From a virus (Duplodnaviria > Caudoviricetes), in the IMG/VR virus record IMGVR_UViG_3300048598_000463, positions 1 through 40,474 of that record: a stretch of DNA of 40,474 bases. One strand, written 5' to 3'. Positions within the stretch are counted from its first letter, which is position 1; each line of letters opens with the position of its first letter. Positions 1 to 8,596 of the stretch are shown here, in pieces. Position numbers and translations under genes: made by a program. The notes under the pieces are model-generated. The model searched no databases, was not told the DNA's origin, and worked only from the letters and a program-made list of their open reading frames with translations.

Positions 1-447
1 ATGAGGTCCAAGGGATGGTTGTTGATGGTATGTGTGCTCGGGCTGACGGCCGGGTGCATCACGAGCACGGACCCGGTTACGGGCGAGAAGACCTACGCGG
101 TCGATCCGAACACGGCGGGGAAGGTGGAGGCCGTGGCACAAGCCGTGGGGTCGCTGACCCCGCTGCTGGGCCCGACGGGGGCTCTGGTAGGCGGGGTGAT
201 CCTGGGGGCAGTGGGCGCGTGGCGAAAGGTCAAGCCCAGCCTGACCGAGGCCCGGACCCAAGCGGATCATTACCACGCGGCGACCACGGCAACGGTCGAA
301 GCCCTGGAGCAGTTCAAGGAATCCTCGCCCGAGGCGTGGACCAAACTCGGGGAATTGATCGACGACCGGCTGAGCAAGCAGGGGATCGATCCCAAGACCA
401 TCGAGAACGTGATCCGGGCGATTCGGGGGCTGCCTCCCAAGGCGTGA
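1..447 (+). CDS. Putative lipoprotein / membrane protein
   Basis: N-terminal MRSK, hydrophobic stretch and lipobox-like LTAG-C19; second hydrophobic segment LLGPTGALVGGVILGAVGAW; phage-like codon usage. Confidence 0.7.
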   Translation: MRSKGWLLMVCVLGLTAGCITSTDPVTGEKTYAVDPNTAGKVEAVAQAVGSLTPLLGPTGALVGGVILGAVGAWRKVKPSLTEARTQADHYHAATTATVEALEQFKESSPEAWTKLGELIDDRLSKQGIDPKTIENVIRAIRGLPPKA

Positions 448-584
448 GCGAGACGGAGCGGACGGCTCGAATCCTGTTGCCGCTGTTGTTTCTGATGGCG
501 TGCGCGTGGATCTACCGAGCCGTACACTCGGGCAGGGCGTTTGGAACAGATTCGATACGGCGGTCCCGCGGTGCGGGACCATGA
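444..584 (+). CDS. Small single-TM peptide (46 aa)
   Basis: GTG at 444 overlaps the upstream TGA (GTGA); encodes MSETERTARILLPLLFLMACAWIYR...; this is the 3' end of ORF 15..584. Confidence 0.45.
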   Translation: MSETERTARILLPLLFLMACAWIYRAVHSGRAFGTDSIRRSRGAGP

Positions 585-594
585 AAGGATAGTC

Positions 595-1044
595 ATGAGA
601 ATCATTGTACTGTCGCTGGTGCTTGTCGGCTTGGCGCAGGGTACGACGTTCGGGGTCTACACGGACCCGAACGTCTGCGTCCAGCAGGACTGGTCAAGAA
701 TCGTGCCGTTCACGTTACCGGAGGCTGAGCCGAATCGGCCGTATGGAGCGATCCTCGGGCCTGTGCCCGGCGATCCGAACGCCTGGGAAGTCCCCGCCGG
801 GCCGTTCAAACGCGAATGGGCCCTGGCCTGCGATCCGGAGGGCGACGAGTTCACGGTCCGCTACGTAGGCGGCACCAGCGTGGCCGAGGTGCAGCTTGAT
901 CGATCCGCCGGCCGGTGGTCATTCGCGGCGGTCGTGATCGAGAAGCAGAACCTCTGGCGGTTCGAGGCCGACGACGGCCGGGCCCGCCGCATTGTCACGA
1001 TAGTCGCCTGGGGCCGTAAGAACGAGGCCCCCGTACTTCAATGA
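595..1044 (+). CDS. Secreted hypothetical protein
   Basis: ATG 595 preceded by AAAGGA; signal peptide MRIIVLSLVLVGLAQG; beta-rich mature part. Confidence 0.65.
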   Translation: MRIIVLSLVLVGLAQGTTFGVYTDPNVCVQQDWSRIVPFTLPEAEPNRPYGAILGPVPGDPNAWEVPAGPFKREWALACDPEGDEFTVRYVGGTSVAEVQLDRSAGRWSFAAVVIEKQNLWRFEADDGRARRIVTIVAWGRKNEAPVLQ

Positions 1045-1143
1045 GGAAAGAAGAAGCGGGGGAGAAGGCTGTGGAGAGGGATCGCAGGACCTTGAACGCC
1101 CGCAAGATCGATCATCCATCGTTGACCATCGACTGAAGCACGG

Positions 1144-2481
1144 ATGGCAAAGAGACAGACCAAGAAGGGTAGAGAGGCTGCCGCCGGCAGACGCCGGCGC
1201 GTGGTGAAAGTGCTGCACGTCTTCCACTGGCAGGAGCGGTACGAGCGGGAAAGCTGGCAGGAGGGTATGCCATTCATCAAGCACATCATCGGCTCCGGTG
1301 CCGGCAGCACAGAGGCCAACCAATTCCTAGGCCAACTCAAGGAGCTGCGTGCACTGGTGGGCAGCCGCTATCACCACATCCGCTCCGTGTATTACGACAT
1401 CGCAGGCTTGGCCGCGGCGGCCCAAGCTGGATACCGAGGCTACCTGCTCAACGAGTGCTTCGGCCCCCTCGATGAACGCCGACTGGCCGCGAGGATCGAT
1501 CTATCGCCGGAGGAGACCAAGGAGGCCCTGACCGCTCTTTTGGCTGTGCGTCTGCTTGAGCGTGTGGATCTGCCCGAGTTCGCAGAACCGATGGCACGCA
1601 AACCAAGCGAGACGAAGAAGAAAAGCCGTGACGATAAGGACGACCCTGAGCGCACTAAACGCGTGCAAGACGACGCTAATGATTCTTATCGCGCGCAAGA
1701 ACCCGTTAATGTCACAACCTCGGAGGATTCGACAGCGGCAGAACACCGCACGGACGAGCCCAAGAATGCGGAATTTGGGCCGAGATCGGGCGCTTCGAAT
1801 GGCAACGAGAATGCGTCGAAAAGCGCCGCCCCTTTAAGTATCAAGACCAAGGACCAAGTCCAAACCCAAGATCAAGCGTCAGCTGGCGCTGACGAATGTC
1901 AATCTTCAAAGCGCGCAAATACAAATGGCCAAGATGGCCAGGGGCAAGCCCAAGGCGAAGCACAAGAGCAAGCCGAAGGGGCAGGCCCAAGGCCAACCGC
2001 CACGGCCCCGACCACCACCCCGCCAGGTGTGCCAGGGCCAGTTAAGCCACAAGGTGTCACGGCGAGGGAGTCGCGTGGGCAGGCTGCTGCAGCGCCTGTG
2101 GTCCGCACTCCCTCCCGTGTTCGTCATCACCTGTCAGGCGATGCGTGGTCCATCGGGGATGTGATCGCAGGGATCGAACACAGGTACAACCTGGAGGCCT
2201 TGGGCTTTGCCGACGAGATCTTCGCATTGCTCATGCCGCCATTCACTCGCGATGACCGTGAAGGACACCGGGAACTCGGCAACTTCGCAGCGGCGCTTCA
2301 GGAGGCGATTGACGCACATCTGCCACCCTCTGCGTTAGCCGAGCTGGTCTCGCGAGCCAAGGCCGACGCCCGGGAGATCGCCAAGCATCGAGCGCGGCAC
2401 TACCGAGACGGCGGCTCACCCGAACGCTACTGGCGATTCCAGTTCAACCAACACCTCGATGCTCGGCGAGGACCGCCCTGA
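1144..2481 (+). CDS. Putative phage replication initiator-like protein
   Basis: N-terminal wHTH-like segment (LDERRLAARIDLSPEETKEALTALLAVRLLE), long low-complexity linker with xQ/xK dipeptide repeats, helical C-terminal domain; lies upstream of the packaging module. Confidence 0.5.
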   Translation: MAKRQTKKGREAAAGRRRRVVKVLHVFHWQERYERESWQEGMPFIKHIIGSGAGSTEANQFLGQLKELRALVGSRYHHIRSVYYDIAGLAAAAQAGYRGYLLNECFGPLDERRLAARIDLSPEETKEALTALLAVRLLERVDLPEFAEPMARKPSETKKKSRDDKDDPERTKRVQDDANDSYRAQEPVNVTTSEDSTAAEHRTDEPKNAEFGPRSGASNGNENASKSAAPLSIKTKDQVQTQDQASAGADECQSSKRANTNGQDGQGQAQGEAQEQAEGAGPRPTATAPTTTPPGVPGPVKPQGVTARESRGQAAAAPVVRTPSRVRHHLSGDAWSIGDVIAGIEHRYNLEALGFADEIFALLMPPFTRDDREGHRELGNFAAALQEAIDAHLPPSALAELVSRAKADAREIAKHRARHYRDGGSPERYWRFQFNQHLDARRGPP

Positions 2482-2623
2482 CGACTGTTGTCATGCAAGG
2501 GACGTAACACGAGGGAATACAAGGAGTTAGGAATTGTGGATAGCAACATGACACAAATCGAGACATCTCAGCACAGGCGAAGAACACGCACACAAGTCGC
2601 GGAGAAGGCGGTGCTTATGTCGA

Positions 2624-2700
2624 GGGTCCTTCTCGGCAATAGGCTCTTAGCGGTTCAGGGCCGGGCCGGTTTTCCGGGCTTGCGAAAATATTTTTTGCGG
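2624..2700 (+). other. Putative cos packaging site (cosQ-like GGGTCCT plus downstream cosN-like region)
   Basis: GGGTCCT at 2624-2630 is identical to lambda cosQ; followed about 35 nt later by GGTTTTCC...GAAAATATTTTTT, resembling the lambda left end; intergenic and upstream of the terminase operon. Confidence 0.5.
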
Positions 2701-2866
2701 TGTTCCGTACACAAGTTCCCACGCCGGCAAAGCTTGCGCGCCGCAAGCGTCACGCACGCAAGGCACCCAAGTGCCGGAATCGCTGTTTTCAGGCCGCAAG
2801 TGAGGATTTCGGCCGGGTTCTCGACGCGTATTCCATCGAGGGTTGATCGATCCGTGAGGAGTCATC

Positions 2867-4228
2867 ATGGCTAAGAAGGCAAAACAACGAAGTGAGAACA
2901 GGCAAGACCCGGGCATCCCGTCCGTGGCGGTCTTTGGGATCGAGGAACTCCAGACCGCCGACTACAACCCGCGTGTGATCAGTGACGATGCGCTGACCGG
3001 CCTGAGGAACTCGGTCCAGCGGTTCGGATGCGTCGAGCCCATCGTCGTCAACGTTCGTGGCGGCGGTCGTAAGATCGTTGGTGGTCACCAGAGGCTCAAG
3101 GCGCTACAGGCCCTCGGCATCAAGAAGGTCCTGTGCGTCACGGTCAATTGCACGCCTGCCGAAGAGAAGCTGCTGAACCTGACACTGAACAACCCGCAGA
3201 TCCAGGGCCGGTTCGTGAAGGAGATCGAGTCCCACATCGCGCAGCTCCAGGGTGAGCTGGCGGGCGACTCGGCGTTTATGGATCTGCGAATCACGGCGAT
3301 GCAGCGAGAGCTTGGGATCGAGGGTGAGAAGGCCGGCCGAGTTCCCGACGACGACATCCCCAAACCGCCGAAGAAGCCTGTTACGAGGCCGGGTGACCTC
3401 TGGCATCTTGGCGACCATCGTCTGCTCTGTGGCGATAGTATCAAGCCCGAGGACGTGGCCCGCTTGATGGGCGATCAGAAGGCGGTGCTGTTCGCGACGG
3501 ACCCGCCGTACTGCGTTGATTACACCGGCACGAATCGTCCCCACGGTAACGGAAAGGACTGGTCGAAGGTCTATCGCGAGATTGAGATCAAGGACGCCAA
3601 GGGCTTCGTGAAGGCCTTCTACGAGGCCGGGCTGCCCCACGTCGTGGAGAATGCGCCGCTGTACCTTTGGCATGCGGATCGCCGCCGCGCGGAGATAGAA
3701 GCGGTCTGCGAGGAACTAGGCATCCTCGTGCATCAGCCGATCATCTGGGCCAAGCCGTGCGTCCTGCAGGGTTACAGCTACTACGGCTGGCGGCACGAGC
3801 CGTGCCTCTTGATGTGGCGAAAGAAGCACAAGCCCGCGATCGACATCGCCGGCCGCAAGATCACCAACCATGTCACGAGTGTCTGGCCCGTCGGTTACCA
3901 GAAGACAGGCGATCCGACGACGCCCGAGTACTACACCGATATCTGGGAACTCGACTACGACGGCAAGAAGCACCCGACCGGCGTTGCCCATCCGACGGTC
4001 AAGCCGGTAGAGGTCTTCGCGATTCCGATGCGCGTTCACACCAGGCCGGGTGACATCTGCCTTGAGCCGTTTTCCGGCTCGGGCACTCAGATCATCGCTG
4101 CGGAGAAACTTGGCCGGCGATGCCTGGCCATTGAGAAAGAGCCTGTATTCGTGGACGTCGCCGTGAAACGATGGGAAGACTGGACCGGCCGCAAGGCCGA
4201 GCGAGAAGGTAAGGGGAAGAAATCATGA
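2867..4228 (+). CDS. ParB/Srx-like domain fused to an N6-adenine/N4-cytosine DNA methyltransferase
   Basis: YNPR...GGHQRLKA ParB-like N-terminus; HRLLCGDS, catalytic DPPY, HPTVKP and SAM-binding EPFSGSGT motifs; RBS GAGGAG. Confidence 0.92.
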   Translation: MAKKAKQRSENRQDPGIPSVAVFGIEELQTADYNPRVISDDALTGLRNSVQRFGCVEPIVVNVRGGGRKIVGGHQRLKALQALGIKKVLCVTVNCTPAEEKLLNLTLNNPQIQGRFVKEIESHIAQLQGELAGDSAFMDLRITAMQRELGIEGEKAGRVPDDDIPKPPKKPVTRPGDLWHLGDHRLLCGDSIKPEDVARLMGDQKAVLFATDPPYCVDYTGTNRPHGNGKDWSKVYREIEIKDAKGFVKAFYEAGLPHVVENAPLYLWHADRRRAEIEAVCEELGILVHQPIIWAKPCVLQGYSYYGWRHEPCLLMWRKKHKPAIDIAGRKITNHVTSVWPVGYQKTGDPTTPEYYTDIWELDYDGKKHPTGVAHPTVKPVEVFAIPMRVHTRPGDICLEPFSGSGTQIIAAEKLGRRCLAIEKEPVFVDVAVKRWEDWTGRKAEREGKGKKS

Positions 4229-5331
4229 CGGATGAATCAGCCTTGAACATCGCCGGCAAACGCCGGCACCTGTATCTCTTGCAGAAGATCCGGGAGAACA
4301 AGCCGCTCTCGCGTACAGAGGTCGCAGAGCTTCGGCAGTACGAATTGGCGGCGGGTAAGCAAGACGACCAGGCACAGACAGTGCCCGCGGCTGCGCTCAT
4401 TCCACAACGCCTGACGGCGGCGGTCATTCGCGAGGCGGCGATGGAGTGTGCGACGATGGCGGCAGTCGAGTCCCGGCTCGGCGTCGAGGACCTCGCCGGC
4501 CGGATCGAGAAGTCCGAGTCCCTCACGAAGGCTTGGGAGAAGGGTAGACAGCTCCGGGATATTCGCGAGCTGGCCGTGACGCCGATCTGCATGGAAGAGG
4601 CGTCGAAGAAGCTGGGCTTGGGCGAGGATGGTTTGGCGAAGCTCTATAAGCGGGACCACGAGGTCAGGGATCTGTGGGATCGCGGCCGCGTGGACATGCT
4701 GGTCAAGGTCAAGCAGGGCCTGATGGATCGTGCCGTCACGGGCAGCCCGCATGCTTTGAGCGCCGTCGAGCGAATCCTCAGGGGCGAGTTCGGCCAGGCT
4801 GCCGGCAGTCAGCCTGGGGACTTCACCAAGCTCTCACCCACGCAGATCGCCGAAGCAACCGGCTTCCCGCGCCAGACCATTCTGCGCTGGCATAAGAACC
4901 ACGGCCTCAAACGCAACGCCGACGGCACGTACAGCCTGCCGGAATTTGTCGAATGGGTCCGCGAGTTCGAGGTCGACAAGGTCACGCGGACCACCGGCAC
5001 GGCCGGTCAGGACCCGCTCCGCGAGCAGAAGGCCCGCAAGGCCAAGATCGAGGCAGACTTGGCCGAGGGCCGCGTGATCCTGAAAGAGCAGCACATCCGA
5101 ACGCTCATGACACAGGCGGCCTGGCTGGTGCAACTGCTCAGTGAGGCCAAGGCCGAGGAATGGGCGGCTCTGCACGAGGGCCTCACGGCTCTTCAGCTCA
5201 AGGAGAGGTACATGGACGCCTTCTGGGCCCTGCGGAGCCAATGGTGCATGCTCCCGGCTGAAGTCCCAATGTCGCCCGCAGCGAGAGCAAAGTTCGAGGA
5301 GGCATTTGAATTGATGAAGGGAAGTGGCTGA
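4225..5331 (+). CDS. terS: Terminase small subunit (Nu1-like) with a long N-terminal extension
   Basis: wHTH LSPTQIAEATGFPRQTILRW...YSLPEFVEW followed by coiled coil LREQKARKAKIEADLAEGRVI; directly upstream of terL; ATGA overlap with the methylase. Confidence 0.7.
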   Translation: MTDESALNIAGKRRHLYLLQKIRENKPLSRTEVAELRQYELAAGKQDDQAQTVPAAALIPQRLTAAVIREAAMECATMAAVESRLGVEDLAGRIEKSESLTKAWEKGRQLRDIRELAVTPICMEEASKKLGLGEDGLAKLYKRDHEVRDLWDRGRVDMLVKVKQGLMDRAVTGSPHALSAVERILRGEFGQAAGSQPGDFTKLSPTQIAEATGFPRQTILRWHKNHGLKRNADGTYSLPEFVEWVREFEVDKVTRTTGTAGQDPLREQKARKAKIEADLAEGRVILKEQHIRTLMTQAAWLVQLLSEAKAEEWAALHEGLTALQLKERYMDAFWALRSQWCMLPAEVPMSPAARAKFEEAFELMKGSG

Positions 5332-5437
5332 CGGTTTGTCATGGATGGACAAGGGACTCGTAAGGATGCGGAGCTGAATCATCAATCACCAACTGCAAAT
5401 CGTAAACACCTACGGCCCTCTGCCCGAGCAGATTGCC

Positions 5438-7300
5438 TTGGTCAGGCCCAAGCCCACGCCGACGATTGTCGAGTGGGCACCGCAGAACCTCCGCCTGCCG
5501 GCGAAAGAGACTTCGGTCAACCCAGGGTTGTTCCGCTTCGAGTACTCGCCATTCCTGGCCGGGATCTGCGATTGGTTCAACGACCCGAGCGTCCGAGAGA
5601 TCACGGTGATGGCCTGTACCCAGGCGGGCAAGACCGTCCTGACGATCCTGTGTCTGGCGTGGATTTTGTGCGTGGCCCCGGCTCACACGATGATCGTCAT
5701 GCCCGATGAGAACACGGTCCGCCGGCGGCTCAAAGCTCGCCTTCGGCCGACCTTCCACGCGAATCCGGCCCTGATGCAGAAACTCGACGGCCGAATCGAG
5801 AACCTTCTGATCGGCGAGCCGACCGTCTTCGACGAGATGAATCTCTACATCTCCTGGGCCCACTCGGCGAGCATGATGGCCGACGTCCCGGTCTGCCATA
5901 TCTTCGCCGATGAGGTGGGCAAATACCCCGAGACCACCGGCGACACCGAGATTGATCCTCTGAAGCTACTCCGCGAGCGGCAGCGGACCTATCGGAATCG
6001 CTCCAAGCTCATCAAGGTCTCCTCGCCGGACACGGTGGGGGATCTGATGGACATGGAGTTCATGAACGGGGACCAGTGCGAGTACTGGGTCCCATGCGAG
6101 AGCTGCCGGTTCTGGCACGTGATGGACGTGATGTGCATGGGGCTGGACAAGGGACCTGACGGCGACTTCCTGGAGCCTAAGCGCTACGGGTTCGGCGGGC
6201 ACGCCCGTTACCGTTGCCCCTCGTGCGGCAGGGCGTGGAACGACTACTACCGGGCCGAGGCGGTCCGCCGGGGCAGGTGGCTGCCCGCAGGCGTCACGAT
6301 GGCTGCCGGCGGCCATATCGAGGGCGAAGTCGTGCCCGCGGTTCACAGGAGCTGCCGGATCAACGCCTTCATGGTCCACCCACGCATCCAGAGTATCGAT
6401 GAACTGGCGATGCTTTGGTCAGCGGCCCAGATCGCCAAGCGGGCCCGTGACCTTCGGCCGCTGAAGCACTTCAACAACTCCCAGCTCGGCCGCTCCTGGA
6501 AGGAAACGGCCCGGGAGCCTGATGCTAACCGCCTGGCCCGGCTGGTCGAGTCCTGGCGAGTGGGCAGGGCACCCGCCGGCGTCCAGGCGATCACCATCGG
6601 GTTCGACGTGCATCCGGATCACATCTGGTACGCGGTCATGGGCTGGGGCTACCTCTTCGAGGCCTGGCTGGTCCAGGCGGGCCGACTGGAAACCGGCACG
6701 ACCAAGGAGGTTGAAAGCTACACACCCGCGGCCGAGATGGCTCAGCGACCGTGGGAGCTGGTGACGGGCGGCTATCTGCCCTCGGCGCTGGCGCTGATGG
6801 ACTGCGGCTTCGAGTACGACGTCGTGTTGGATGTCTGCCGGAAATGGGGCTACGCCCGCCTCCAGGCGGTCAAGGGCACGGACAAGCTCCGGGCACGGAC
6901 CTACAACCACACGGCGGTCGAGGGCACGATCCGCTGGGATCTGAACGTGGACCAGGTCAAGGACCGCCTGCACCGCCAACTCTTCGAGACGGAAGCCCAG
7001 GGCCCGGGCTACATCCACCTGCCGGCGGATGCCCCGCCCGAGGTCTTCGCCCACTGGTGCAACGAGCACAAGGTCATGCGGTCCAAGGGTGTACACCGCG
7101 TGGGCGTATGGGAGCCGGTCACTGAGCACGCGGACCAGCACCTATGGGACTGTCTGGTCTACGCGACGGCCGCCGCCATGATCGCCGGCGTCGGCGAGCG
7201 GCTCGGCCCCTACGTGCCGCCCACAACGATCATCGAACGGGCACTCCCCGAGCCCAGGCGAACCAGCGATAGCTTCATGGACGATCTGCCGGAACTATAA
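5438..7300 (+). CDS. terL: Terminase large subunit, lambda GpA family (true start may be 5378/5381)
   Basis: IVEWA...GLFRFEYSPF adenine-binding region, Walker A CTQAGKT, Walker B IFADEV, VSSP, YWVPCESC/CPSC Zn motifs, nuclease acidic residues in GFDVH, MDCG and HLWDCLVYA. Confidence 0.95.
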   Translation: MVRPKPTPTIVEWAPQNLRLPAKETSVNPGLFRFEYSPFLAGICDWFNDPSVREITVMACTQAGKTVLTILCLAWILCVAPAHTMIVMPDENTVRRRLKARLRPTFHANPALMQKLDGRIENLLIGEPTVFDEMNLYISWAHSASMMADVPVCHIFADEVGKYPETTGDTEIDPLKLLRERQRTYRNRSKLIKVSSPDTVGDLMDMEFMNGDQCEYWVPCESCRFWHVMDVMCMGLDKGPDGDFLEPKRYGFGGHARYRCPSCGRAWNDYYRAEAVRRGRWLPAGVTMAAGGHIEGEVVPAVHRSCRINAFMVHPRIQSIDELAMLWSAAQIAKRARDLRPLKHFNNSQLGRSWKETAREPDANRLARLVESWRVGRAPAGVQAITIGFDVHPDHIWYAVMGWGYLFEAWLVQAGRLETGTTKEVESYTPAAEMAQRPWELVTGGYLPSALALMDCGFEYDVVLDVCRKWGYARLQAVKGTDKLRARTYNHTAVEGTIRWDLNVDQVKDRLHRQLFETEAQGPGYIHLPADAPPEVFAHWCNEHKVMRSKGVHRVGVWEPVTEHADQHLWDCLVYATAAAMIAGVGERLGPYVPPTTIIERALPEPRRTSDSFMDDLPEL

Positions 7301-7327
7301 CACGGACACAGAGGACGATTATAAGCC

Positions 7328-7567
7328 ATGGATGGCTTCCTCGACGATCTCCCGGATCTCGGCTTGCCGGACCCGCCCGGCGGACGGCCCCGGAGGCGGT
7401 CTGACCCGGACTGCGTCCTCTGGGTCCGGGTCCGCTGCCCGCACTGCGGCTCCCAGGACTGTCCCACCTACGACAGCTCCCATATCCCCATCCGTTACCA
7501 CAAATGCCGCGCCTGCGGCCACAACTTTAAGAGCGTGGAGAGCAATTGGAAGGGGATGGGACAGTGA
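7328..7567 (+). CDS. Small Zn-ribbon protein (Ogr/Delta-like)
   Basis: CPHCGS-x13-HKCRACGHNFKS C4 zinc ribbon; GAGGA RBS upstream. Confidence 0.75.
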   Translation: MDGFLDDLPDLGLPDPPGGRPRRRSDPDCVLWVRVRCPHCGSQDCPTYDSSHIPIRYHKCRACGHNFKSVESNWKGMGQ

Positions 7568-7775
7568 TGGCAGTGCCGCAGAGACGTGCTCTCCTGCATT
7601 ATATTGCGTACAGCCCTTGACATTAGGGGATGCCGACCATCATCCCATCCACGATATTATGGGGCTCAGGCTGTTATCTGGAGTTGGCCAGTGTGGGTAG
7701 GTAGGCAATGTGTGGAGATTGCCATTCGCCATTCACCCTCGGCCATTCGGCTTGAGGCCAAACAAGACCCGTGAC

Positions 7776-7804
7776 TTGTCGTGCCAGGACTCCATGTGTA
7801 TACT
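7776..7804 (+). promoter_or_regulatory. sigma70-type promoter for the vsr-HK-RR-dcm operon
   Basis: TTGTCG-N17-TATACT. Confidence 0.55.
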
Positions 7805-8068
7805 GCCGTTCATAGTGCGTGCTCGTTCTTTCGTGGCCTTGCGGGTTCGGTCGTTGGATGTATGAAGCCGCGATTGCACAGAGCGCAAGGATAAATGGAG
7901 ACCATGAAGATGCCCCGTCAGAAATGCTGACAGGCGATATCTGGAATCGCGGCGGTGCACCTTAGGCCCAGGTATTCTCCTGACGGCTGAGTGCAACCAT
8001 GGCTGACTGGAACCACATGAGCTGTCCATAGTAATGCGTGTTAGCTGAGTGAATCATAGGATCTGACC

Positions 8069-8596
8069 GTGGCAGACAGAGTGAGCAAAGAGACGAGAAG
8101 CCGAATGATGTCCTCCGTACGGAGCAAGGACACGAAGCTCGAACTGGAGATCCGTCGGCGGCTGTTCTCGATGGGATTCCGCTACCGTCTTCACGCAAGA
8201 CATCTTCCGGGCAGACCAGACATGGTCTTTCCAAAGCATCGATCGGCGATATTCGTGCATGGGTGTTTCTGGCATCTTCATGGCTGCCATCTTTCATCGG
8301 TACCCAGCAGTCGTCATACCTGGTGGAAGCGCAAGCTTGAGAGCAATGCGAAACGCGATTCACAGGTGATAATGACGCTGCATCAACTTGGCTGGCGAGT
8401 CCTGGTAATATGGGAATGTGCCTTCCGAAAGCCGGGAACAAATCGAACAGCAGCGTTGGATGCTGTCGCGGTCCGAGGGGCCAGATTCCTTGAGTCGAAA
8501 CAGAAACTACTTGAGATTCCGCGGCGACCCTCTCCACGAGACAGGTCCATCATAAGACAAGGTAGCTCATATGAAGAAGAGAACGGACAAGAATAG
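8069..8596 (+). CDS. vsr: Very short patch repair endonuclease
   Basis: MADRVSKETRSRMMSSVRSKDT, LPGRPD, FVHGCFWH, W..K...N..RD and GWRVLVIWEC motifs. Confidence 0.96.
   Translation: MADRVSKETRSRMMSSVRSKDTKLELEIRRRLFSMGFRYRLHARHLPGRPDMVFPKHRSAIFVHGCFWHLHGCHLSSVPSSRHTWWKRKLESNAKRDSQVIMTLHQLGWRVLVIWECAFRKPGTNRTAALDAVAVRGARFLESKQKLLEIPRRPSPRDRSIIRQGSSYEEENGQE

Noticed and set aside
2488-2874. 128-aa + strand ORF and overlapping - strand ORFs
   Set aside because: TTG start without RBS, atypical composition, overlaps the cos-like region; probably non-coding
7617-7643. TTGACA as a promoter -35
   Set aside because: The best -10 (CATCAT) is at a 15-bp spacing; the 7776-7804 candidate is better
7721-7748. 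GCCATTC x3 upstream of the vsr promoter
   Set aside because: Short and irregularly spaced; could be an operator but cannot be distinguished from chance
7784-7788. CCAGG in the promoter spacer as a methylation-feedback site
   Set aside because: The methylase's specificity cannot be read from the sequence, and CCWGG is frequent in this DNA
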